Assembly: GCA_963805625.1 (NCBI GenBank)
Contig: CAWDVE010000013.1
Coordinates: 32,001-96,000, forward strand
DNA from: an uncultured Candidatus Rokubacteria bacterium
GTDB taxonomy: Bacteria > Methylomirabilota > Methylomirabilia > Rokubacteriales > DASRDR01
DNA: 64,000 nucleotides
Direction of reading: 5' to 3'
A program made the translations under genes and the position numbers. Positions 55,288 through 64,000 of this stretch are shown in pieces (position 1 is the first letter of the stretch; each line of letters begins with the position of its first letter). The notes under the pieces are model-generated. The model had not been told where the DNA came from. It was given only the letters and a program-made list of their open reading frames with translations, and did not search any database.

Positions 55288-56820
55288 TCAGTTCTTCCAG
55301 GTGGCCCGCCAGAACGCGATGGTCTCGTCCGACGCGGCCTTGTAGTTGAGCTTGTTCGACACCGCCATGACCGACGTCTGCGCATACATGGGGAAGACAA
55401 GGTAGTTGTCGGCCACATACCGCTGGACTTGCCGGTACGCTTCCATCCGCTTCCCCGGATTGACCGTGTTCCGCCCGATGTCAAGCCACTCGTCGAGCTT
55501 GGGATCCCGCACGTACGCGAACGCCTCCGACGAGTGGAAGCGCGGGTACAGGATCATGTCGGCGTCGAAGACCGACCAGCTCCCCCAGCTCGCGAGGTAG
55601 ATGTCCTTCAGCTTGCCAGTGCGTTCGAGGTTCGACGACAGTCCGATGTCCTCGATGTGCTGATGGTTCGTCTGGATGCCGACCTTGTTCAAGTACCCGG
55701 ACACGGCATCGCCGACCTGCCGGGACGCAATGATGCTGCCGCTGTACGTCATGAACTCGAGCTTGACGCCGGCCGCCAGGCCGGCCTCGGCCAGCAGCTG
55801 CTTCGACCGCGCGGGATCGTAGGTCACCGGCTTGATCGAGGCGTCGTAGCCAAACTTCATCGGGTTGACCACCGTCCCCAGCTTGAGTCCGCGGCCACCC
55901 AAGACGTGGGTGATGATGCCGTCCACGTCGATGGCGTGAGAGATCGCCTCGCGGACCTTGATGTTCTGGGTCGGGCCAGCGCCGGCGCGACCTGCCACAT
56001 CGAAGTTGAGGAAGATCACGCGGATGATCGGGGCCGTCGTGATGTACGCCTTCCCCGAGCCCTCGATCGCGGGGATCTGATCGGGCGGCACCAGACGGAT
56101 GAAGTCCACGCTGCCCGCCATCATCTCGGCGATGGCGGTCGCAACCTCAGGGATGGGCCTGAAGACGAGAGTCTTTACCGCAGGCTGCTGACCCCAGTAG
56201 CTCGGGCTTGCCTCCACGACGAGACGCTGCCCGCGGGCCCACTCGACGAAGCGATACGGTCCGCTCCCGACCGGGTTCTTCGCGATGAAGGCGTCGCCCT
56301 TCTCCTTGACGTAGGCGGGCGGAAGGATCGCGAGGTTCGTCAGCCGCTCGAGAAGAACCGGATTAGGCTTCTCAGTCTTGAGACGGACGGTCAGGTCATC
56401 CACGACCTGGACCGACGTGATCCCCTTGAAGCGGTCCCGGAGGTATGACTTCTGGGCGGGGTCGAGCACGCGGTCGATGCTGAACTTCACCGCCTGCGCG
56501 TTCACGGGCTCGCCGTTCTGGAACTTGACGCCCTTGCGAATCTTGAACTCCCAGGTCAGGTCGTCGACCGTTCGCCAGGATTCCGCGAGACCGCCCACGA
56601 GTTTCATGGTCTCGGGATTCCGCGCGATCAAGTGGTCGAAGATGTGCATGAGCACCATGTAGTCAATGGTTCCTGTAGCCTGATGCGGATCGAGCGTCTC
56701 CCGATCGGAATCGAGCGCAGCCACAAGCTGACCTCGCGGCTGGGCGAGAGCACCCGCCGGGATCCCGAGCACCACGGCGAGCATCATCGTTAGACCACCC
56801 GCGAATCTGCGTCCTCGCAT
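55288..56820 (-). CDS. ABC substrate-binding protein, family 5 (DppA-like)
   Basis: signal peptide, TLDPH, LAESW, RKGVKFQNGEP, PVGSGPY. Confidence 0.92.
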   Translation of the reverse strand: MRGRRFAGGLTMMLAVVLGIPAGALAQPRGQLVAALDSDRETLDPHQATGTIDYMVLMHIFDHLIARNPETMKLVGGLAESWRTVDDLTWEFKIRKGVKFQNGEPVNAQAVKFSIDRVLDPAQKSYLRDRFKGITSVQVVDDLTVRLKTEKPNPVLLERLTNLAILPPAYVKEKGDAFIAKNPVGSGPYRFVEWARGQRLVVEASPSYWGQQPAVKTLVFRPIPEVATAIAEMMAGSVDFIRLVPPDQIPAIEGSGKAYITTAPIIRVIFLNFDVAGRAGAGPTQNIKVREAISHAIDVDGIITHVLGGRGLKLGTVVNPMKFGYDASIKPVTYDPARSKQLLAEAGLAAGVKLEFMTYSGSIIASRQVGDAVSGYLNKVGIQTNHQHIEDIGLSSNLERTGKLKDIYLASWGSWSVFDADMILYPRFHSSEAFAYVRDPKLDEWLDIGRNTVNPGKRMEAYRQVQRYVADNYLVFPMYAQTSVMAVSNKLNYKAASDETIAFWRATWKN

Positions 56821-56879
56821 GTGCATCCCCCCTGGAGCCGTTCGAAATCGAGCGCGCCCACCGGCGAGCGCCCACCGCG

Positions 56880-56909
56880 AGACTAGCGTCCCGCAGACGG
56901 ACGTGTCAA
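56880..56909 (-). promoter_or_regulatory. sigma70-type promoter of the ABC operon
   Basis: TTGACA-18 nt-TAGTCT. Confidence 0.6.
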
Positions 56910-56954
56910 GGCGACGCGCCCAGACGCGCCCAGAACGGGCGGTCCCGAGCGGAG

Positions 56955-57149
56955 GCGCCCGATCCTGCGATCGACGACCTTCCCGAGTCGCAGCACCTCG
57001 GGCGCTCGGATGCCGACGCTGTAGCGGAACACCATGTGCATGTTGTGGAAGGTTCGACGGCGCCGGTCCGGCTGATTCCATCCCGGCCGGTTGCCCTCTC
57101 CCACGAGGAGATCGGGGCTGGGGTCGGTCGTGGTGACGTTCACGCTCAC
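56955..57149 (-). pseudogene. N-terminal remnant, probably of a serine hydrolase (beta-lactamase family)
   Basis: SD GAGGAG + GTG; NRPGWNQPDRRRRTFHNMH resembles that family's N-terminus (from recall); degenerates after ~65 codons. Confidence 0.45.
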
Positions 57150-57238
57150 GGTGGGTCTCCTCGTGTCGGGATCGCCGGGCGGCGCGGTGGCGGCCGGCCC
57201 GTCATCGCTCCCGGCGCGGGGGGCGGGTACCGATCCGG

Positions 57239-58021
57239 TCAGGCCTTGACCGCGCGATAGTCTCGGAGCAGGCCGCTGAACTGCTCCCGCAGGCCACACT
57301 CGGCGAAGCCCACGTCACCGAGGGCCGACAGGATGGCTTCCGGTGCGACGCAGTGCTCGGTCGTGTCCCACCAGTAGGCCATCAGGGTACGCATGTCCTG
57401 GTTGCCCGTCGCCGTGGCGAAGACCACGCCCATGACGGTCTTGATGTAGAAGCGTGACGCCGCCCGGAGGGCGATCGAGCGCGGGCGGGAGATCTCCAGC
57501 AGGAGGACGATGCCGCCAGGCTTGAGGACCCGGCGGTACTCGCGGAAGGCCACGCGCAGGTCGGACACGTGGCGGAGGGCGTATCCCATGCTCAGGAAAT
57601 CAAAGGTGGCGTCCGGGAACGGCAGCTGCTCCCCCACTCCCTGGATCAGGTTGCGGCACGGCCCCTTCCGGGCCTCGTGGAGCATGCCGGAGCTGGGATC
57701 GAGCCCGACGACGTAGCCGGTCGAGCCCACCAGGCCAAGCGCACACTGGGTGGTCAATCCGGGGCCGCACGCGACGTCCAGCACCCGCATGCCCGGTCCG
57801 AGACCCGCGCCGCGAAGAGCCGTCCGGCGATACCAGAGACCCGAGCCGAACCCGACGACCTTGTCGATTGCCCGGTACCGGTAGGCCGTGCGGTTGAACA
57901 GGTCGTTCAGGAACCCCTGCCGCGACTCGTTCGCGTCGTAGTACTCCGACAGCATGGGATGCGGGGGGGTGTGCACGGCCGGCCCTCGATCGTCTGATCT
58001 CTGTTCCACGCGAGCAACCAT
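57239..58021 (-). CDS. class I SAM methyltransferase (UbiE/MenG-like)
   Basis: VLDVACGPG, LPFPDATFD, GYALRHV, RVLKPGG. Confidence 0.85.
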   Translation of the reverse strand: MVARVEQRSDDRGPAVHTPPHPMLSEYYDANESRQGFLNDLFNRTAYRYRAIDKVVGFGSGLWYRRTALRGAGLGPGMRVLDVACGPGLTTQCALGLVGSTGYVVGLDPSSGMLHEARKGPCRNLIQGVGEQLPFPDATFDFLSMGYALRHVSDLRVAFREYRRVLKPGGIVLLLEISRPRSIALRAASRFYIKTVMGVVFATATGNQDMRTLMAYWWDTTEHCVAPEAILSALGDVGFAECGLREQFSGLLRDYRAVKA

Positions 58022-58037
58022 TGGCCGCCTCTTGATA

Positions 58038-58724
58038 TCAGGACGCGGTGAAGCGGGCAAGAGGAGCCAGGATCAGGCAGTACTGATAGGGCAGGAACGT
58101 CACCTCGTGGACGAGGCGGAAGCCCGCTCGGTCGGCGTCCCGGAGGAAGATCTCGCGAGCGACGCGGCGCTCGACCGGCGGGCCGACCGGCGTCTCCCGG
58201 CGGTGGAAGTCGACGTTCACGAGCCGGCCTCCCGGCCGGAGCAGCCGATGCAGCCGCCGGAGGTAGCGCGACCCGCCCCGGAAGTGGTGGTACGTGTTCA
58301 CGACCAGGACCAGGTCGCACGAGCGCGCGGGCAAGAGCGGGTCGTCGTCACGGCCGAGGACGGGCGTGACGTTCTTGATCCCTCCACGGCGAAGCCGCTC
58401 GATCAGGATCGGCAGCATCCGCGGCTCCACGTCGACAGCATAGACGCGCCCCCGCGGTCCCACGATTCGCGCGAGCCGTCGGACGAAGTACCCGGAGCCC
58501 GCGCCGATCTCGGCGACCGTCTGGCCGGAGCGGAGACCGAGCGCCTGCACGAGCCGCGCGGGACGCTGCCACCGCAGGCGACCCGGATCCTCGAGCCGGC
58601 CCAGCATGAGCTGGAAGTCTCGCGGATTCCCGTGCGCGCCGAAGCCTCCTGGTACGCCGTGACCGCCGCCGTGGTGCCGCAAGCCAATCTGTCGGTGTCG
58701 ACCCGGAATTCTCGTCACGCTCAT
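58038..58724 (-). CDS. class I SAM methyltransferase
   Basis: WQRP, VAEIGAGSGYF, VYAVDV, NTYHH, LRPGG. Confidence 0.85.
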   Translation of the reverse strand: MSVTRIPGRHRQIGLRHHGGGHGVPGGFGAHGNPRDFQLMLGRLEDPGRLRWQRPARLVQALGLRSGQTVAEIGAGSGYFVRRLARIVGPRGRVYAVDVEPRMLPILIERLRRGGIKNVTPVLGRDDDPLLPARSCDLVLVVNTYHHFRGGSRYLRRLHRLLRPGGRLVNVDFHRRETPVGPPVERRVAREIFLRDADRAGFRLVHEVTFLPYQYCLILAPLARFTAS

Positions 58725-59506
58725 GCCGCGCCCGGAACCTGAAGACGCACCTCGCGTCGGACACCGCGGAGGTCCATCTCGTAGGCCAGGCCCGCGATCG
58801 GCGGGTGGGACAGGTACCAGTGGACGCCGTGGACCGCCGCCGGACCCATCGCCGCGAGCACCTCGGTCGCGAGGAAGCTCTCCAGCGGATGCACGGTATA
58901 GACACCGACCGCCGTCACGTCCGCCCACATGGCGCCGAGCCCGCGGAGCCGCGCCTGCATGACGCCCATCACGTACGCGGCCTTCTCCCTCAGCGCATCG
59001 GGCGACGTCTCGTCGGGGCGGACGACGCTCGCCCGAGAGGCCGGACCAGGCCGGAGCTCCCCCGACCCCGCCGCGACGAACGTCGGCCGCCCGGGCACCT
59101 CGACCGCAACGGTATGCGAGAACGCATAGAGCACAGGCTCCGACGGCGGCCCCACCACGGGCGCCACGTTGGTCCGCGCCACGGGGTTCCGCCCATCCAC
59201 GAGGAGCCCCCACTCCCCGAGCAGCGCGCGGTAGCCCCGGTTGAACTCGGCGAAGCCGGAGAAGGTCAACGGGGTCGGGACGCGCAGCTCGATCGCGCAG
59301 AGCGCGCTCCGGGGCCGGCCGAGCCCTCGGAGATGCCGCTCGATCGCCGCGAAGCCATCGCGCCACGGCACTGGCGCCTGGAGTGTCGCGTGAATCACTT
59401 CCCAGCCCGGCGTGGCGACCACACCGGACGAGTAAGGCTCGCCGCCTGGCAGGAATCGATAGCTCGGATCGGGGCCCGGAAGCAGGGACGCTGGCGCGGC
59501 GGCCAT
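58721..59506 (-). CDS. 2-amino-5-chloromuconate deaminase CnbZ-like protein
   Basis: YRFLPG..PYSSGV, ALCAIELR.P, NPVARTNV, FVAAGSGE, PPI.GLAYEMDLR. Confidence 0.7.
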   Translation of the reverse strand: MAAAPASLLPGPDPSYRFLPGGEPYSSGVVATPGWEVIHATLQAPVPWRDGFAAIERHLRGLGRPRSALCAIELRVPTPLTFSGFAEFNRGYRALLGEWGLLVDGRNPVARTNVAPVVGPPSEPVLYAFSHTVAVEVPGRPTFVAAGSGELRPGPASRASVVRPDETSPDALREKAAYVMGVMQARLRGLGAMWADVTAVGVYTVHPLESFLATEVLAAMGPAAVHGVHWYLSHPPIAGLAYEMDLRGVRREVRLQVPGAA

Positions 59507-59507
59507 G

Positions 59508-60353
59508 TCAGCCCTCCGCCGGCAGGCCAAATGCCTGCTTCAGCTGGCGGAGCCCCTCTTGCTGAGGCGTCCACAGCCGGCCGCTGATCAAGCCGCCGTC
59601 GACGACGATGTCCTGGCCCGTCACGAACGACGACTCGTCGCTCGCGAGAAAGACGGCCATGTAGGCGATGTCGTCGACCGAGCCCGCCCGCGGGATGGGC
59701 TGCTGGGTCGCGAACCGCTCCGTGAGCGCCGAGGCGACGTCATCGGCGCGCTCGGGCGGAAGCCCGAGCGCCTTCAGCAGGATGCCGGTGACGATCGCGC
59801 CGGGGGAGATACAGTTCACGCGCACGTTGTGCTCTCCGAGCTCCATCGCCACGCACCGGGAGAGCTGCACGACGGCAGCCTTGGCCGCGCTGTAGATCAT
59901 GGATGACGAGTAGCCCGCGCGGCTGGCGGCCACGCTGGCGTTGTTGATGATGCTGCCGGAGCGCTGGCGCATCATGATCGGGGCCGCGTGCTTCATGCCG
60001 AGGAGCACGCCGCCAAAGTTCACCGCCATCGACCGCTCGGCCGCGTCCAGGGAGATGGTCTCGACGCCGTCGCGCGGGCCGGGGCCGCCGGCGTTGTTGA
60101 AGAGGCAGTCGAGCCGCCCGTGACGATCGACCGCGGCGCCGACCAGCCGCCGGACGTCGTCCTCGCGCGCAACGTCGGTCCGGACGAACCGCGCGTGGGG
60201 GCCGAGCGCGCGGGCGGCCGCCTCGCCCTCCGCCTCCCGGCGGCCCGCGAGGATCACGGTCGCGCCCTCCTCGACGAACAGCTCCGCCGTGCGCTTCCCC
60301 ATGCCGCTCGTCGCGCCCGTGACGATCGCGACCTTGCCTTCGAGCCTGCCCAT
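59508..60353 (-). CDS. SDR family oxidoreductase
   Basis: TGATSGMG, FNNAG, YSAAK, VDGG. Confidence 0.92.
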   Translation of the reverse strand: MGRLEGKVAIVTGATSGMGKRTAELFVEEGATVILAGRREAEGEAAARALGPHARFVRTDVAREDDVRRLVGAAVDRHGRLDCLFNNAGGPGPRDGVETISLDAAERSMAVNFGGVLLGMKHAAPIMMRQRSGSIINNASVAASRAGYSSSMIYSAAKAAVVQLSRCVAMELGEHNVRVNCISPGAIVTGILLKALGLPPERADDVASALTERFATQQPIPRAGSVDDIAYMAVFLASDESSFVTGQDIVVDGGLISGRLWTPQQEGLRQLKQAFGLPAEG

Positions 60354-60477
60354 GCGCCTCTCCTAGCAATTCAGGTGGGAGTGTTCAGTGGCGAGTCCAA
60401 TGGATCTTCAGCCCGTGGGACATCATACCCTCGCGCGGCCTTTCCGACGCCGCGGCCGATCGCGTATCATGCGCCGC

Positions 60478-61422
60478 GTGGCGTCCTCGATGAAGCTCGG
60501 CTTCTCTCTCCCCGTGGCCGGCGCGTGGGCCACGCCCGCCAACCAGGTGCGCGTCGCGCAGGAAGCCGAGCGCCTCGGGTACCACTCGCTCTGGGTGCTG
60601 CAGCGCCTCCTCTTCCCGGTCGCGCCGCAGAACGACTACCCGCCGATGCCCGGGCGCCCGTGGCCGGACTGCTTCGAGTCCGTGGCCGATCCGGTGGTCT
60701 CGCTCGCGTTCGTGGCGGGCGTGACGTCGCGCATCCGCCTAGGCACGAGCGTGCTCGTCATGCCCTACTACACGCCGGTCGTGCTCGCGAAGCAGCTCGC
60801 CACGCTGGACCAGGTCTCGGGTGGCCGCCTCGACGTCGGGCTCGGCGTCGGCTGGTCGCGGGACGAGTACGACGCGGTCGGAGTGCCCTACGACAAGCGC
60901 GGGCGGCGCGCCGACGAGTTCCTCGCTTGTCTCAAGGCGATCTGGACCGAGGATCCGGTCGAGTTCCGGGGCGAGTTCTACCGGGTGCCGCGCGCCCACG
61001 TCCGGCCGCGGCCGCTCCAGGTCCCCCACCCGCCGATCACCATCGGGGGCTACGGGGCGGCCGCCGTCCGGCGCGCGGTGGCCTTCGGCGACGGCTTCAA
61101 CGGCGGGAACATGCCACTCGACCGCGTGGCCCCGCTCGTGAAGGAGCTGCGGACGGCCGCGGAGCAGGCCGGGCGCGATCCCGCGCGGCTCCAGGTGGTC
61201 TGTCGCGGGACGTTCCATCCCTCAGACGCCTCGCAGGGCCCGAATCGCCGGCCCCTCTTCGGCTCGCTCGACGAGATCCGCGACGACATCAGGCGCTACG
61301 CCGAGCTCGGGCTGACCGAGCTCTTCCTGGAAGCGAACGTCCTGCTCCACGCCTGGCCCGTGGAGCGGACGCTCGAGATCATGGCGGCGCTCGCCCCGGC
61401 TCGGAGCCTCGAGGCGCCGTGA
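60478..61422 (+). CDS. LLM-class (probably F420-dependent) oxidoreductase
   Basis: IRLGTSVL, LAKQLATLDQVSGGRLDVGLGVGW; leaderless GTG 60478 or ATG 60490. Confidence 0.88.
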   Translation: MASSMKLGFSLPVAGAWATPANQVRVAQEAERLGYHSLWVLQRLLFPVAPQNDYPPMPGRPWPDCFESVADPVVSLAFVAGVTSRIRLGTSVLVMPYYTPVVLAKQLATLDQVSGGRLDVGLGVGWSRDEYDAVGVPYDKRGRRADEFLACLKAIWTEDPVEFRGEFYRVPRAHVRPRPLQVPHPPITIGGYGAAAVRRAVAFGDGFNGGNMPLDRVAPLVKELRTAAEQAGRDPARLQVVCRGTFHPSDASQGPNRRPLFGSLDEIRDDIRRYAELGLTELFLEANVLLHAWPVERTLEIMAALAPARSLEAP

Positions 61423-62210
61423 GCGCTCTCGTCCCCGGAGCGGCAATCGTGACGGGTGGCGGGTCGGGCATCGGCCGTGCGATCGCCGAGGCGCTAGCCA
61501 CTGGGGGCGCGCCAGTCGCGCTGGTCGACCTCCTCGCCGACGGGGGCCGCGAGACCGCGGCGGGCATCCGGGCCGGCGGCGGCCGCGCGATGTTCCTCGA
61601 GGCCGACGTCAGCCACTGGGCCGATGTTGACCGCGCCGTGGCAGAAGCGGTGCGGATGCTCGGCCCGCTCGGGATCATGGTGAACGCGGCCGGGGTCCTC
61701 GACGGCTACACGCCGGCCGACCAGATGTCCCCCGCGCTCTGGGAGCGAGTCGTCGCGATCGACCTCACCGGCACGTTCTGGGGGTGCAAGCGCGCCCTGG
61801 CCGAGATCCTGCCCGCCGGACGGGGCCGGATCGTGAATGTCGCCTCGGTCGCCGGGCTGGTGGGATCGGGTGGCGGGCCGGCTTACACGGCGGCCAAGCA
61901 CGGCGTCGTCGGCCTCACCCGTCAGCTCGCCATCACGTACGCCGGCCGCGGCATCACGGTCAACGCGATCTGCCCGGGGGCGATCCAGACCCGCCTCCGG
62001 GCCAACTCCGCCCGGATCCTGGGTGCCGACGCGCCGCCCATGACGGGCGGCGTGGGCGCGAGCGAGGCCGCCATCCGCGCCGTCACGCCAGCGGGCCGGC
62101 GGGGTACCCTCGCGGAGGTCGCCGCCGCGGCGGTCTACCTCGCGAGCGAGGCTGCCGCCTACGTCACCGGCCAAACGCTCGTCGTCGACGGGGGCTGGAC
62201 CGCGGCCTGA
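61419..62210 (+). CDS. SDR family oxidoreductase
   Basis: TGGGSGIG, YTAAKHG, VNAICPG, VDGG; GTG overlaps upstream stop. Confidence 0.9.
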   Translation: MSALVPGAAIVTGGGSGIGRAIAEALATGGAPVALVDLLADGGRETAAGIRAGGGRAMFLEADVSHWADVDRAVAEAVRMLGPLGIMVNAAGVLDGYTPADQMSPALWERVVAIDLTGTFWGCKRALAEILPAGRGRIVNVASVAGLVGSGGGPAYTAAKHGVVGLTRQLAITYAGRGITVNAICPGAIQTRLRANSARILGADAPPMTGGVGASEAAIRAVTPAGRRGTLAEVAAAAVYLASEAAAYVTGQTLVVDGGWTAA

Positions 62211-62233
62211 CTCGCCGAGATCGAACCGTTGGC

Positions 62234-62545
62234 CGTCCCGGCGACTACTTCCGGCCACACTGGGACCGGCCGGTCGAGCCCGAGGATGACCTCACGAGAC
62301 GCCGGCGCATCTCCATCGTCGTCTTTCTGAACGGCACCGGCGAGCCGACGCTCCCGGAGACGTTCGACCGCGGGGCGCTGACGTTCTATGGGTCGCTCGA
62401 CGATCCCCGGCCCCGGGCCATCGGCTACCCCCTGCGCGCCGAGACCGGCCTCCTGGTCGCCTTCCGTTCGGACGTCCTCCACGAGGTCACGCCCGGGAGC
62501 CGTGGTGAGCGCCACTCGGTCGTCGCCTGGCTGGCCGAAACGTAG
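62234..62545 (+). pseudogene. 5'-truncated 2OG-Fe(II) oxygenase
   Basis: FRPHWD...ISIVVFLN...LHEV...R.SVVAW; no start or N-terminal half after the SDR stop. Confidence 0.65.
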
Positions 62546-62592
62546 CGCGGCCGCCTCCGGCAACGCTGCTAAGATGGGGTCGGACGACGGCC

Positions 62593-63558
62593 ATGCTCAT
62601 CACCTGCGTCGCCTACCAGGACGGCAAGCGGCTCGCAGAGATCACCCCGCACGAGATCCACGACTACGTGAGCCGGCCCGATTGCTTCGTCTGGGTGGCG
62701 CTCCGCGACGCGACCGACAGCGAGCTGGCGGAGATGCAGGAGGAGTTCGACCTCCACCCCCTCGCCGTGGAGGATGCCCGCCACGGGCACCAGCGGCCGA
62801 AGGTCGAGGAGTATGGGACCTCGCTCTTCACGGTGATCCAGACGATCGAGCCGGACGGCGACGACCTCCGCGTGGGCGAGGTGGCCGTTTTCGTCGGTCG
62901 GAACTACGTCCTCACCGTCCGTCACCGCAGCGAGCGCGGGTTCGCCGAGGTTCGCGCGCGATGTGAGCGGGAGCCCGAGCTCCTCCGCCATGGCTCCGGG
63001 TACGTCCTCTATGCCCTCATGGACGCGGTCGTGGACCGCTATTTCCCGGTGATCGACGCCCTCGAGGTCGAGCTCGAGCAGATCGAGGAGCGGATCTTCG
63101 CCGGCGGCGCCGCGCGTACCCAGGTCGAGGCGCTCTACGGCATCAAGCAGAAGCTCGTCACGCTGAAGCACGCGGTGGGGCCACTCCTCGAGGGGACCAG
63201 CAAGCTCCACGGCGGTCGCGTGCCGCAGGTGTGCACGGGCATGGGCGAGTACTTCCGGGACGTGTACGACCACCTGACGCGGCTCAACCAGTCGATCGAC
63301 GCGATCCGCGAGATGGTCACAATGGCCATGTCGGTGCACCTGTCCCTCAGCACCATGCAGGAGAACGAGACGACGAAGCGGCTGGCCGCCTACGCGGCGC
63401 TGATCGCCGTCCCGACGATGATCGCCGGCCTCTACGGCATGAACTTCGAGAACATGCCCGAGCTGCGTTGGAGCATGGGGTACCCGGTGGCGCTCCTGAT
63501 CATGGCGGTCATCGACGTCTACCTCTTCTTCCGCTTCCGCAAGACCGGCTGGCTGTGA
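62593..63558 (+). CDS. corA: magnesium/cobalt transporter CorA
   Basis: LHPLAVED, HQRPKVEEY, PTMIAGLYGMNF..MPEL. Confidence 0.95.
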   Translation: MLITCVAYQDGKRLAEITPHEIHDYVSRPDCFVWVALRDATDSELAEMQEEFDLHPLAVEDARHGHQRPKVEEYGTSLFTVIQTIEPDGDDLRVGEVAVFVGRNYVLTVRHRSERGFAEVRARCEREPELLRHGSGYVLYALMDAVVDRYFPVIDALEVELEQIEERIFAGGAARTQVEALYGIKQKLVTLKHAVGPLLEGTSKLHGGRVPQVCTGMGEYFRDVYDHLTRLNQSIDAIREMVTMAMSVHLSLSTMQENETTKRLAAYAALIAVPTMIAGLYGMNFENMPELRWSMGYPVALLIMAVIDVYLFFRFRKTGWL

Positions 63559-63749
63559 GCGCCGACTGGCGCAGCAGCTCTTCCGCCCGCCGCGTGTATG
63601 GCCCGTTTCGCCGCGACGGGGCGATGCCGGGCGAGACCTCGCACGCGTCAATATCCCCGTGAGGGATCGGTGATGTTGATGAACGGCGGGCCGTCCAGGA
63701 GTCGGCGTTCTCCCACTTGCCGACCGGGGCGAGTGCCATCGGTCAATCC

Positions 63750-64000
63750 CTAGACGGCAGCCTGGGGCGGCCCTTCCATCTGTGCGATGACGCGAGTGGC
63801 CGGCATCACTTCTATCGGCCTTCGCGGGTGGATCAGATTCTGCCACACCCAGTTGTGGTGCCGGATGACGGACAGCGAGTCCACGTGCGGCCGGTCCGCG
63901 GTCGTGTGCCCGTCCTCCACCACGACGATCTCGTAGTCCCGGCTGGCCGCCGCCCGCACCGTCGTGTCCACGCAGAAGTCCGTCGCGCAGCCCGTGACGA
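63750..64000 (-). CDS. isochorismatase/cysteine hydrolase family protein (3' part, starts outside window)
   Basis: VTGCATDFCVDTTVRAA...DGHTT. Confidence 0.85.
   Translation of the reverse strand, partial: VTGCATDFCVDTTVRAAASRDYEIVVVEDGHTTADRPHVDSLSVIRHHNWVWQNLIHPRRPIEVMPATRVIAQMEGPPQAAV

Noticed and set aside
59988-61418. Apparent long N-terminal extension of the 740-aa ORF ending in an SDR
   Set aside because: Overlaps the LLM and the opposite-strand SDR; the real start is GTG 61419.
63560-63745. Short ORF-like stretch (MALAPVGKWEN / LLDGPPFINIT) between corA and the isochorismatase
   Set aside because: Frame-broken and unassignable.
1-64000. CRISPR array, tRNA/rRNA, IS/integrase, prophage, defence systems
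   Set aside because: No spaced identical repeats, cloverleafs, or transposase/integrase/phage motifs seen by eye.

Overview
64 kb of a very GC-rich (visually about 70%) diderm bacterial chromosome. Gene families suggest Candidatus Rokubacteria/Methylomirabilota (inference): an [15 protein letters not shown]-type ABC substrate-binding remnant, many LLM/SDR/hydantoinase genes, and a TonB receptor. Housekeeping genes are ftsH (start only), hpt, a SPOR gene, argS, murB, glnS, hemH and corA. A cobamide uptake/salvage operon (cobU-cobT-btuFCD-btuB-cbiZ'-tonB) carries two cobalamin riboswitches. Most other genes encode catabolic or redox enzymes, and there are about seven deletion-scarred gene remnants. 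Highlights: (1) a selenoprotein missed by the ORF track (peroxiredoxin-like, RHYG-UGA-VFC = UxxC, with a SECIS-like hairpin) at the end of an operon led by an orphan phosphonopyruvate decarboxylase; (2) recurring leaderless architecture (-10 box 7 nt before the start codon), plus leaderless micro-ORFs whose stop overlaps the next start codon; (3) a MurB N-terminal fusion; (4) an apparent cbiZ::cbiB deletion fusion. I saw no rRNA, tRNA, CRISPR array or transposase.
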